Source: Octopus vulgaris (Eukaryota). From it: a stretch of 64,000 bases of DNA. Under the pieces are notes generated by a model. It was not told the origin of the DNA. It was given only the letters and a program-made list of their open reading frames with translations, and ran no database searches. This document shows positions 12,801 to 25,170 of the stretch, one piece after another. The stretch lies in NCBI GenBank assembly GCA_951406725.2, contig OX597818.1, positions 24,800,001-24,864,000 of the forward strand. The letters are read 5' to 3'. The position numbers and the translations under genes are program-made. Position 1 is the first letter of the stretch, and the number at the start of each line of letters is the position of its first letter.

Positions 12801-13687
12801 ATAATCTTTGTTCATGCATTGAAATAAATAAGAGATAGGGAATAAAATAGATTAAAATAGAACTTGTTATAGCAGTTGAAGAGGAATGACAATATGGAAG
12901 GAATAAGAGAGATTGAGAGAAAGAAAGAGAAGGAAGAGGAGAGAAAGAATCAGAGGAAAGCAAAAGGGAGGGACTGAAGATATTTTCTTATATTTGTCTT
13001 TTTAAATGGTGTCTTGTTGCTGTTGTTGCAGTATGGGTGGGTGTGTTAGTTTAAGTATTACTTACAAGCTGCTAACAGCAACAGCTACAATGCAAATGGT
13101 GACCATCAGTCAGTAGCAGTAAGAGAACACAACACCAGTGGAGGACAGAGACGACTATTAACAATACAAACAGCCTCCCTCAACTGGAATCTCAAGAAAG
13201 AAAGAAAACAAAAACAAAAAGGGAAGAAACAAAATTAAAACAATGAGGGGGAACTTCATAGCCCAGGAACACAGATTTTTTTCTTTTTTTTTATGCCTGA
13301 TACAGAAGGTCCTTTTTTTGACTTCCATAACCATTTTGAAAGCCAACCACACATCCTACTGTTTGGGCAGTAAAATCAACTCAAAATGGTACTAAACTGT
13401 AAAATGTTCACTTCTGTCATTGTAAACCATTTAGAACAATTAATAGTAGGAATAATGTGTTTTTGTGTGTATTGGTGTGCATGTATGTGTTTGCCTTTCT
13501 GGCTGTCTGTACTGGCAGTTTATAAACAGTTGCGCACAGCAGAACACAAAATGGATCATTGTTTTACTTCTTTAGAGTCAGTTTTGTAATTTTTGTTTAC
13601 AGACAGTAGAAGACGAGTCAGTGGAATTAACAATGGTGTTCTCAAAGATCTGAATGCTGGAAATGATCCTTTGAAAATCTTGTTGTG

Positions 13688-13875
13688 TCAAGCACTTCCA
13701 CCAGCAGCTCCTGTGGCCCCTTGAGGAGTTGCTGCATCATTAGCTGCATTGGGCGCTGAAGCACTTTCTGAGTTCACAGGCCCACCAGTAGAAGTTGAAG
13801 CTTCATCAGAATTGGCTTGTCGAGCATGTGGCGGGATCAACATATTACTAAGGTGTGGTTGAAAAACTGTCAACT
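13688..13875 (-). CDS. GSK3B: GSK3 last coding exon: (E)LTVFQPHLSNMLIPPHAR...GAAGGSA-stop
   Basis: ttttcag|AG acceptor keeps the frame; LIPPHAR motif followed by an Ala/Ser/Gly-rich tail; TGA at 13690-13688. Confidence 0.93.
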
Positions 13876-14608
13876 CTGAAAAGAGAATAAATGAAGTGAA
13901 AAAATACTGTTCTTTATGACTGGGTATTTATATCATTAACATTGCTACAAGTTGTTATACTGGAATTAATATTAGGCCTAAACAAAGGGATTGATAAACT
14001 TCTTTTGCTACAGAAAATGTGTAAGAATCATAAAATAAAGTAGGAGTGACTAGCCATTTCACTTCATTTAACTTCCCTTAAAATCAAAAGTTCCTTGCCT
14101 ATTTTGACCAAGCAATAGGAAATCTTGAGACTATGGTAAGAAGTTACATCTGGAGACAGGTATGTTTGTCTTTCTTTAAGTTTCCTTTCAAAATTTATTC
14201 AGCTATATTTCATTTACAACAATAATAAATTAAGAAATATTATCATTAAATTTAAATTACAAATCAGCTGACTGCAAATAAAATCAATATTATATTGGGA
14301 AAGACATAAGCATACATAGCTTACATGCTTTAAAAGAAAAAAAAAGTGAAGTTTTGCAACTTTATAAAATGACTGGACCAATCTTTCATCTACAGTATTT
14401 ATGCAAAGAAAAAAATAATAATAAAAACTAACGCTGGGTTGATCGTTTAAAAAAAATCTATATATGTAATTTTCTTGTGTATTAAAGATTTTAAGATTTA
14501 GATACATTTTTATATAAATTTCAAATAAAAACACTTGTAATATTTACATTGTGATGAAAATGTTCCATTTCCATAATTATATAAATGCAAAAGAGTTAAA
14601 ATACTAAC

Positions 14609-14795
14609 CTTGGGATGTAAAATTAAAAAGAGGAGGTAAATCTCGCCCATTAGGTAAGCGAGTACTTATATCCCTCAATTCATCAAAGAATGGATGAGCA
14701 CAGGCATCGAGTGGAGAGATTCGAGAAGAAGGTGTATATTCCAACAACTTGCTCACTAACTGAATGGCTTCTGAAGGGGTGCGCGGACGAAACAC
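14609..14795 (-). CDS. GSK3B: GSK3 coding exon 8: [62 protein letters not shown](E)
   Basis: 187 nt, atcag|GTG ... CAAG|gttagt; lies inside ORF 14604..14816. Confidence 0.96.
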
Positions 14796-15529
14796 CTGAT
14801 GATTAAATTGTGACAATCAAAAACCAAGTTTAACACAAAACAATTAACTTAACTGAAAATAAGTATAGTAGAAAAAATATTTATAGAAAACATCAATCAT
14901 TGATAATATTTATACACACACATATACAATGCTACAATGCACAATTTTTCTTGTTTTTCAACAATGGTTTTAGAAGTCAAAATCCTTTTCAATCTGTGAT
15001 TTAAACAGAACCTTCTAGTATACTAGAATAGACAAGCCAATAAAGGAACTACAACATGATTGCTCTATCTATTAAAAATAGCAGTCAATTTGTTATCAAT
15101 AACAACAAAGTAAAATGAAAATACATTGGATATAATACACAAGGCAATAATGGTCGTAGCTGGAATGTCTCTGATCATAGGTCTGGTTGATTAGGCCTGA
15201 AATAGGACTAAATAATAACAGCAAAATAGGCTCAAAATATTTCATTGTGAATAATTCATAGAATATCTGATTCCTTAATGTTTGTGTATCTGTTCATTCA
15301 TTGTCTGTTAAGAAAGAAATGTTTTTATTCCACAGGTCTTTCAAAGTACAGAGAAATCAGTCATAATGTCAACACAAAATGTAAATAATATACCCCTGTT
15401 CTACTCAGATAGTAACAAGCTTCAGAAAATCAACATTAGCACACATCCATCCATACATGCAAAGAGGTTGCTGTTCAGTTTCTGTTTACCAACTCAGCCA
15501 TGAGAGAGGGTACATGTGTGTGTGTGTGT

Positions 15530-15790
15530 GAGTGAGAGAGAGTGATATTATGTAATGGTTGAAGAGAAACAAATAAGTATGCTTGGCAAAATGTTTAATG
15601 CTAGTTGCATATCTGGATGAGCTGTGAGATAAACTGGGTTTAAGGAAAATCAGATGTAGTGCACAAGAGAGACAACTGTGTTGGTATGGACATGTAATGT
15701 GTGCCAGGAGAGCCAAGTAGAAGGAAAGTGTCGAAGAAGAAAACTAAGGAAGACATGAACAGAAATGATTCAGGATGATAAACTACACAA
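15530..15790 (+). mobile_element. Highly decayed RTE RT C-terminal fragment
   Basis: Resembles the ...RCSAQERQLCWYGHVM... segment of RTE ORFs. Confidence 0.6.
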
Positions 15791-16559
15791 AGGAATGCAA
15801 CAAAAGATAAGATACTGTGTTGGAATGGAATGTCCAGCAAGGAAAACAAAACTGATGTAAAATGATATTGATGATAAGAGACTGTATTGGAATATATAAG
15901 TGAGGGTTGGTAACAGAAAGAGAGTCTGACCACAGAAAATCTGCTTTGAGATATTCCATTCAACTCATGCAAGTATTGAAAAGTGGATATTAGAATGATG
16001 ATATGTATATAAGCAAGCAAGTTTCACACAATGATGATGATGCTGATGAAAGTAATTGAGGAGATAGATAAAGAAACTGAGGCAGTCAGAGTGTGACAGA
16101 ATAATTAAGATGAGACTAATAGAAAACTAAAAGGCAACATTTTATTTCCATATAGGCCTCACAGTCAGGATTAATAAACAGAAGGACTGTTTTGATGAGC
16201 CCCTTCTGTAGACTACATCAGCAACAATTAACAGTGTCAATTAACATGTTGACCAGTACTACAGTGGCCTTGCTGATATCCAGAGAGGCTATGAATAGGG
16301 TTTGAGAAGTGAGGAGGGTGTAAGCCTCCAGGAGTGCAACACATTTCAACCAATTTGGGAAGCACTAAGTCAGACAGATTTCATTTTCACTGAAAATAAG
16401 CTAGGTGAGCCATTGTAAACACCAAAACCTTTCTTAGTGAAGAATGCACAACTCAAGACTTTAGAGTCAGGAATAGACAGAGACAGAAGACGTTATAGAG
16501 GAGTAAGATATGGAAGTTAAAAGAACCTGCAGTTGATTATAGGTTTATAGAAATTTTTA

Positions 16560-17025
16560 TTGACACGTATAACTGCAGAAGGATTTAGATATCTGCTTTC
16601 TATACATGCAAGGAACCTAGAAGCACATTATGAAACATTTCTGAGACAGGTTGTGATTTGAGGAAATATGGCCCCTATTTTAGCAGGTGCACCAACTATA
16701 CAAACATACATACAACAGTAAGCTGAAATTCAAATGAGATGTGGCTGCTATTTGCAACAGGTCAAGCAACTATATAAAAGCCAGGAAACATTATCTCAAG
16801 TAACCTTTTTAGGATGGTAAGCCAACAGTAGTAGCAAGACCAACATTATCATGTATTCTTTTTAAGATGGCAGCATATGATTTTGACGGAGATTTGATTG
16901 CTACTTCTAACAACTTGGCAATTACTAGTGAATAACCTTTGTGTGTTTGCTGTTATTCTCGTCAACTGTAAGCAGGCAGATATATGATTAAAGATATTCC
17001 AGCCAAGACCATGCTGTTATTTTCA
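16560..17025 (+). repeat. Cluster of short decayed repeats sharing GA(G/T)ATTTGGCTGCTATTTC(T)AGCAGG-like motifs
   Basis: The motif recurs near 16585, 16665, 16740 and 16890; related copies at about 15075, 50310/50810 and 56555. Confidence 0.45.
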
Positions 17026-17031
17026 CATGTA

Positions 17032-17597
17032 CAAGGTGTCCCAAAAGTCACTGATGGGTTTCAATTTTTAATAACTTCCTTAACTTTACAAATAACTGCA
17101 TGAGCTTGAAGGCCATCTGACATTGCTGTAGTGAGAGATTATTCTTTCTCCAAAGCACTGCTGTAGCAACTGCATTGTTTTTCTCGCAGTATGAGCAGTT
17201 GGCCCATCTTGCTGGAACCATGTGTGAGGTCTATTTTGAATGGCCTTCACATGCTCCAGACTTGACTAGCTCGGATTTTTTCTTGTGAGGATACCTGAAA
17301 GAGACCTGGTGCAACTGAAGGAGAACATCAATAGAGAAATCAGAGAAGTAGGGTCTGAAACTCTTGAGAGTGTTATGGTGCAAATTTTGGAAAGAGCACG
17401 GGTGTGTGAAGCTGAAAATAGCTGCCATTTAAGTGATGTCATTTTTCATATGTAATGTAGTGTTGTTGCAAAATTTGACTTGTGCATATTAATTTCCATT
17501 ATGTCCTTTATAATGTATCAAAATTTAATGCCTTTATTTGTAAAGTTAAGGAAGTTATTAAAAATTGAAATCCATCCAGTGACTGTGGGACACCCTG
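17032..17597 (+). mobile_element. Tc1/mariner internally deleted element (MITE-like) with TIRs of about 65 bp
   Basis: TA|CAAGGTGTCCCA...; right end ...TGGGACACCCTG|TA; internal relic EWPSHAPDLTSSDFFL*GYLKE (WPxRSPDLTPxDFFLWG motif). Confidence 0.88.
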
Positions 17598-17969
17598 TAC
17601 GAGGAACCCAAGATTATGTAATCTTGTTTGTTCTGTTTGAGTACTGTGACCAGTTGATATCAATTTTATGGAAACAGAATGAAAACAAATTCTGCTGTCA
17701 GAAATACATTCACTTTTTAATCCCCATATATAAATAGCATCACTGTTGAAAATACTGTCTGGAAGACTGTAAATGAGACAGAATTTTGCTCCTGTTCATG
17801 CACTGTCTTCTTAGTTTCAATCAAAGCTCTGCACAATTCATTCAACTTCTGTGTGAGTGCAGCTAAATTACATTTATGAACCAAGCTTTTACAATTGTAG
17901 CATACAGACACTTTAGAAATCTAAATAATGTTGTAGACAAAGTGGTTGAGAAAAAAAAGACATAAATTA

Positions 17970-18227
<258 letters not shown>

Positions 18228-18669
18228 TTATGAAAATAAATATATACATACATACATTACACTTTCTGTAATGTGTCCAACTATCCTACATTGCAGCTTT
18301 CTTTAGTTATACTTTGTAACTTTAAAGTACAAAATTCCTGGTTATTGCACTTTTCTCACATGGAGATGCCAACATGTCACTCTCCATACCTATATACCTG
18401 GAAAATAATCTTGAACCCTTTTCTCACTTTCTAAGTCTGGTACCACTATCTTTCTACCCCACTGGCTAGTTTAATTGTTTAGACAATATCACCTGATACT
18501 CACCCTAAATGATGAAGTACTTAAAGCCAGAATAATAATTACAACTATACTGGGTTTATGCCAGCTAGTCTTTATAGCAAAGATGTTTTATGCATTGCAC
18601 AAAAGGGTAATAAAACTACTCCCTAGCCATATTCCTTTATATTTTTCAGGTAGGCAAGTAACCAAAGTA

Positions 18670-19255
18670 AAAGAAAAAAATGGCATGGGTTGGATGATTT
18701 GACAGGAGCTGGCAAGTCAGAAGACAATGCCAAGCTCAACTGTCTGATTTGGCATAACTTCTATGGTTGGATGTCCTTCCGAGTACCAACAGCTTTTTAG
18801 AAGGGCCTTAGAGTTAATTTAACAAAGATCAAAGTACTAGTAAGCAGGAAAGCAGGCAAATTACTAATTCCTTCAAGGAAATGGCCCTGCTTGACATGAG
18901 AAAGGTGTAGGTAGAAATCCCATATGGTGTACCCAGTGCAAACTATGGACCCACAACAAAAACTACTTCTAGGAAACTTTCTAGGCATTTGAAAGAATTT
19001 ATTTCACATGTATGCTTACTGTCAACCTCTCTCATGCATCTTTCACAATACCTTCTCCATCAGCCAGCTGGTGATCCCACTATATCTTCTGTACATTTGT
19101 AATTTAAACTGGGTACATCATATGAAAATTCTATCAGTTCCTTTCCCACATATCAAGCCTGGCCAGTTCTTTGATAACAGTAGGGTTGTCTTTGCTAAGT
19201 TTAATTTGAGGACTCTTGATTCTCTGTTTTGTTTTCATGCAAAGGATTCTAAGCT
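18670..19255. mobile_element. Scrambled decayed RTE fragments in both orientations
   Basis: 18680-18790 is a minus-strand tail; 18795-18960 is plus-strand KGLRVNL.K.KVLVSRK...WPC; 19030-19250 is a minus-strand equivalent. Confidence 0.6.
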
Positions 19256-19269
19256 GATGAGACATACTA

Positions 19270-20447
19270 TCAGGTCATCCCATAAGTTCTGTCTGAATTT
19301 TGAATAAAGAAAACAAGTGATCAAATGTTATATTTAATTGAAATTTAATCATCAATGTACATTCTCTGATTATCTATGATTTCCTTCCATCTATTTAAAT
19401 CCTATCAATGTAAAACTCTTTTGGTTTCAAAGCGAAGAACTCTGAAATGTCAGTTTCAACCTCCTCCTGGCTTGTGAAAGTTATGCCACCCAAATGATTC
19501 TGTAAACTACAAAACAAATGGTAGTCTGAAGGAGCAAGGTTGGGAGAATAAGGTGGATGAGGAATTTTTTCCCAACCAAGCTCTTCGATCTTCTGTGATG
19601 TGATCTTTGCAGTGTGGGGTCGCGCATTGTCCTGATGAAACATCACTCCTTTTTGATTCACTAAAGCAGGTCTTTTTTTCTTCAAAGCTTGGTTCAAACG
19701 CTCTAATTGCTGACAGTAGACTTGAGCATTGATTGTTGCATTAGGTGGTAACAATTCAAAGTGAATTACTCCTTTGCAATCCCACCAGATAGAGAGAAGA
19801 ACCTTTTCCCCATGAAGTTCCCTTCTTGGTTGTGGTTGAGCATTTTTCCTTTTACAAAGCCACTGTTTATGATGTTTAACATTTCGATAGAAGATCCATT
19901 TTTCACCACCAGTCACAAGTTTATCCAAAAAGGGTGAAATGAGTTCGCAAGAATGGAGAGAAGAGCAGATGTCAACTTGGGATTTGCGGTTGCTTTCGGA
20001 CAATTCATGAGGCACCCATTTTCCAAGTTGCTGAAGATGATGATGAACAGTTGTATGGTTTGAACAAAGTTTTATTGCCAATACTTCAACTGATAATGCA
20101 GGATTTGCTTCTGGATGTCCTGTTCAATCTTCATCTTCAAAGCTGAAATCTCCACTTCTGAATTTTGCAAACCATCTTCTGCAAGTTCTTTCATTCAAGC
20201 AATCTTTCCCATAAATTGAGTGTATGTTTTGAGTTGTTTTGGCCACAGAATTTCCTTTTTTGTACTCATAAAGCATTATGTGCCTTAAATTCTCTTTGGA
20301 TACTTCCATGTTAGAAAGGGTTTTAATCAAAGAAATTTTAATTCTATTAATCTGTAAAATAATATTTAATAAGTTTAAATGTACACAGATGCATAAAAAT
20401 AATTTTTAAAAAATGTAAAATCAGACAGAACTTATGGGATGACCTGA
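19270..20447 (-). mobile_element. Near full-length mariner (DD34D) transposon, defective
   Basis: 27-bp TIR TCAGGTCATCCCATAAGTTCTGTCTGA with TA/CA flanks. ORFs 20124..20330 (HTH) and 19395..20081 (WVPHEL, FHQDNARPH, YSPNLAPSDY) are split, and the first catalytic Asp reads Gly (VTGGEKW). Confidence 0.93.
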
Positions 20448-20624
20448 CACCAAATGAGCCTGGTGTGTAATTGTACATGAAACAGCCATGGTGTGAATCA
20501 TCAGCATCTAATAAATAGACTTAATACATGTATTGAGTACTTTTTCTCAAAGGTGCAACTGTGACTGTATGGTAAGAAGTTTGCTTCTATAAAACTTCTA
20601 TAGTTTCAGGTTCAGTTCTAATGC

Positions 20625-22462
20625 ATATCATCCTTCACTACCTCGTCCCAGGTCTTCCTGGGTCTACCTCTTCCACAGGTTCCTTCAACTTCTAGGGTGC
20701 AGCACTTTTTCACACAGCTATCCTCATCCATTCTCGACACAGGACCATACCAGCACAGTCGTCTCTCTTGCACACCACATCTGATGCTTCTTAGGTCCAA
20801 CTTTTCTCTCAAGGTACTTACACTCTGTCGAGTATGCATACTGACATTAGACATTCAGCGGAGCATACTGGCTTCATTCCTTGCGAGCTTACACATGTCC
20901 TCAGCAGTCACGGCCCATGTTTCACTGCCATGTAGCATGGCTGTTCGTACACATGCGTCATACAGTCTGCCTTTTACTCTGAGCGAGAGCACCAGCTAAG
21001 GTAAGACCTGTTGAGGCAAGTGAAATTGAAATCAAATTTGATGACTGACATCCGTGCTAGTGGAGTGCTAAGAGTACCATACGAGTGTGATCGTTGCTAC
21101 AGCAAGCTGGCCTCCGTGCCGATAGCATGTAAAAAGACACCATTCGAGCGTGATTGTTACCTACGTCACCTTACTGGCACTTGTGCTGGTGGCATGTGAA
21201 AAAACATTCGAACAAGATTGTTGCCAGTGCCGCTGGACTGGCTCCTGTGCAGGTGGCACATAAAAAGCACCATTTGAGCATGGCTGCTGCCAATACCACC
21301 TGACTGGCTCTTGTGCCGGTGGCACATAAAAGCACCCACTACACTCTCGGAGTGGTTAGCGTTAGGAAGGGCATCCAGCCATAGAAACTCTGCCAGATCA
21401 GATTGGAGTCTGGTGCAGCCATCTGGTTCGCCAGACCTCAGTCAAATTGTCCAACCCATGCTAGCATGGAAAGCAGACGTTAAACAATGATGATGATATA
21501 CATATATATATATATCAACTGGGGTCTGGGAAGCCAGAAGGCTGCACCAGGCCCAGTCTGATCTGGCAATGTTTCTACAGCTGGATGCTCTTCCTAACTT
21601 CAACCACTCCGTGAGTGTAGTGGGTGCTTTTTACGTGCCACCGGCACAGGTGCCAGATGGGGCTGGCAAACGGCCACGATCGGATGGTACTTTTTATGTG
21701 CCACCGGCACGAGGCTAGTCGGGGCGGCGCTGGCAACGGCCACGTTCGGATGGTTCTCTTATGTGCCACCGGTACTGGTATCACAGCTGCAATTTCCATT
21801 GATGTTGATCGATTTCGATTCTCACTTGCCTCAACAGGTCTTCACAAGTAGAGTTTTGTGTCCCAAGAAGGAAAGGTATGCATAAGTGGACTGGTCTCAC
21901 TTGTCCTGCCGGGTCTTCTCATGCATAGCATACTTCCAAAGGTCTCGGTCTATATGTATATACACATACATACATACATAATCATTGTTTAACGTCCGCT
22001 TTCCATGCTAGCTTGGGTTGGACGATTTTGACTGAGGGCTGGCAAGCCAGTTGGCTGCTCTGGCAACGATCAAGCTCGGATGGTGCTCTTGGCATTCTAT
22101 GAGCACAGGCATAAGTGCCAGCAAGGCGACACTGGTAACGATCATACTCGAATAGCCGCTCTGTCAACGATCACACTCGTATGGTGCTCTTTGCACCCTG
22201 CTAGCACGGATGCCAGTCATCGAATTGAGTTTGATTTGATTTTGATTTCACTTGCCTCAACAGGTCTTCACAAGCAGAGTTTAGTGACCAAAGAAGGAAA
22301 AGGTATGCATAAGTGGGCTGGTTACGCTCCTGGCATAGGCCACAGGTTATGGTCTCATTTGGTTTGTTAGGTCTTCTTGAGCACAGCATATTTCCAAAAG
22401 TCTCGGTTGCTAGTCATTTCCTTGGTGAGGCCTAATGTTCGAAGGTCGTGCTTCACCACTTC
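20625..22462. mobile_element. Cluster of four RTE fragments: 20625-20990 (-), 21003-21497 (+), 21515-21950 (-), 21982-22462 (-)
   Basis: Direct similarity to the ORF C-terminus and 3' UTR of 59993-62508. Confidence 0.88.
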
Positions 22463-22819
22463 ATATATATATATTTATATACATACACGTGTGTGTGTGT
22501 GTGTGTATATATATACACACATACATAGAGGGTAAGCATTATTAAACTATATTAATAATTTATACCAGTGGTGAGCATGCGTAATAAAAGTCAGAAGATA
22601 TTGTTATATATAATAATGTGTAAGAATGTGTACAGGCAGAGAAGACCACCATGTGGATTCCTTACATGCTAGAGACGGCAATAAGCAATGTGAAATAAGT
22701 AAGAATTTTTTTTTGTTGTGGCTTGTGTTCTGACTGCCCTCTCTAAGATGTAAGGAGTCTACATGGTGATCTTCTCTCCATGTATAAATTCTTATACAGT
22801 ATTATGTATATATACATAA

Positions 22820-22862
<43 letters not shown>

Positions 22863-22964
22863 CATAATACACAGGCACACAAAATACAAAAAGATCAACA
22901 GAGAAAGTAGGCTTCCTTTGTAGCAGATGCACAAGAGCAATGAACACTAAGAATACACAAGAAA

Positions 22965-24388
22965 TACATTTCCTCAAATGCCCAGGGGCATTGCAATGAT
23001 AGATTTAGCTTCCAATAACATTCAAGCTGACATGGCTACTACATTAGGGGCTGACACACCAGCTTCATCAATAGTGCAAAAGTCAACAGTTGAATTTAGG
23101 AGAGGAAGGAAGAGTCTTGAAGATGACCTGAGGCTTGCAACTACCTCCACTAAGGAAATCATTGATGTATTCAGCACATGTTGATAGATGACAGGCGATC
23201 GACTATAAATCAAATAGCCAATGCTATGGTAGGGGGGCTCCGAAAGGGGTCTCAGAGAGTAGCTCCCCTGCTTTCCTGAGCTAGTTTTCCACCACATTTC
23301 TTAAAACTTGTAGTAGAAGCCTTGGTCTCGGGACCACACTTGTCTAGAAACTGAAGTTGGGGGTAAGCAAGGGCATGCTCCTCATAGAAAATCCAGCTCC
23401 AAAAAAGCCTCATGATAGCAAAGGAGAATGGGCACCAGCCAGCCTAAGGATTGGTATGGGCTACACCTGCCTACCTCGGTTGCTATGGCATTGAGGTAGA
23501 TCCAACTACCCCCGTTAAGGGACAAAACCCGGATTTAAAACATTGGATGATGATGATGATTAGCATATCCCATGAAAGAATTGAGAATATTCTGCACAAT
23601 GAACTTGGCATGACAATGGTTTCTGCTCGGTGGGTACCATGTCTTCTGACACTTGATCAAAAGCACACCAGGTTCATCACACCACAGGAAAATCTGACGC
23701 TGTTTCAAATCCAGCTGGTTTCTGTGAACATTTCCTAACCCAGATTGAGTGAGTGTTGGCTCGATCACTTTGGGCTAGAGACAAAGAGACAATCCATGCA
23801 GTGTAAAAACCCCTTCTCTCTTGTTCCAAAGAAGGTCAAGGTTGTTTCATTTCCAAGAAAGGTAATAGCCTGAATTTTTTGAGGTGCAAAAGACATTGCA
23901 TTTTTGACTATCTTCAAAAGGGACACATCATTAACAGAGTGTACTATGCCAACTTGCCGAGGCAGTTATGAAATACTATCAAGACCAAACACTCAGGAAA
24001 ACTGACAAAAGGGGTTTTGTTTCATTAGGACAATGGTCCAGCACACAAGTCCTTACTTTCAATGGTTGCTGTGCATGACTGTGGCTTTGAACTGGTTGAT
24101 CCCCCTCTCTTTGGCTGCATTTGACTACCAACTGTTCCTTAATATGAAAAAAACCCAACATTTGGCTAGGAACCAGTATGGCAGTGATGAGATGATGTCA
24201 TATCTGCTGCTGATGATTTCTTTTGTCCAACAGGATAAAAGCTTCTTCAGCATTGGGATCCAAGCACTGTTAACACCAATGGAAGAAAGATGTGGACATC
24301 AAAGGGGACAATTTGAAAAATAAACCTTATTTGGTCACATTCCATGAGTATCTTGGTCAGCCTATGAACTTTTCAGCCAACTCTTGTA
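22965..24388 (+). mobile_element. Decayed mariner (irritans-like) lacking the left TIR, interrupted by a retro-insertion
   Basis: EFRRGRKSLEDD, IANAI|SISHERIENILHNELGM..VSARWVP, DN.PAH; right TIR TCAGCCTATGAACTTTTCAGCCAACTCTTG|TA. Confidence 0.85.
23228..23560 (+). mobile_element. 333-bp non-autonomous retroelement with a (GAT)n tail nested in the mariner
   Basis: Splits the mariner sequence GCT AT|T AGC; the last ~80 bp match the tail of the RTE at 34640-34719 (-). Confidence 0.85.
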
Positions 24389-24607
24389 TTCAGCTTGAGG
24401 GGGATATTCTGGCACCTCATCACCATTATATTTACTGCTCTTTATGGCACCAGTCTACTCCTCCCCACTGCCATGAAAATGAAAAGTAACTAGGAATCAC
24501 CTCCTCAACAAACTTATCCCCACTCCTCTCATCAAATATTAACACCTTACGTGAAGTAACCACTCCATCTCCTATTCCCCCTCTTCCTTTAGTTTTGGAA
24601 TTTACAT

Positions 24608-25170
24608 TGCAACCTCACCAGTGCTGGTGCCACAAAAAAGGCATCCAGTACATTGTATAAAGTGGTTGGTCTTAGGAAAGGTATCCAGCTTTAGAAACCA
24701 TGCCAAAACTGAAATGCTGGAGTAAGATGTGGTCCTCAGATTTCATTGGGTCCTGTCTAACCATCCAACCAATGCCAACATCAAAGGTGGATGTAAAAAA
24801 TGACAATGATGATGGTGAATAAATGTCATCATCATCATCATCATCATCATTTAACGTCCGCTTTCCATGCTAGCATGGGTTGGACGGTTCAACTGGGGTC
24901 TGGGGAGCCCGAAGGCTGCACCAGGCCAGTCAGATCTGGCAGTGTTTCTACAGCTGGATGCCCTTCCTAACGCCAACCACTCCGAGAGTGTAGTGGGTGA
25001 TTTTATGTGCCACCGACACAGGTGCCAGACGAGGCTGGCGAACGGCCACGCTCGGATGGTGTTTTTATGTGCCACCGACACAGGTGCCAGATGAAGCCGG
25101 CGAACGGCCACGCTCGGATGGTGTTTTTATGTGCCACCGACACAGGTGCCAGACAAGGCTAGCAGACGAC
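24608..25170. mobile_element. Tail-to-tail RTE 3' ends: an old plus copy (24608-24817) and a younger minus copy (24826-25170) with 3 repeat units
   Basis: GAT tail facing a (CAT)n tail; shared AAGGGCATCCAGC module. Confidence 0.85.

Larger units (their letters stand above)
5551..13687 (-). other. Putative long 3' UTR / TE-depleted region downstream of the GSK3 stop (distal end uncertain)
   Basis: About 8 kb with only two small MITEs and microsatellites seen, against dense TE content elsewhere; U-rich on the minus strand. Confidence 0.45.

Noticed and set aside
19395-20330. Active mariner transposase or SETMAR-like gene
   Set aside because: The ORF is split, the first catalytic Asp is replaced by Gly, and there is no SET domain.
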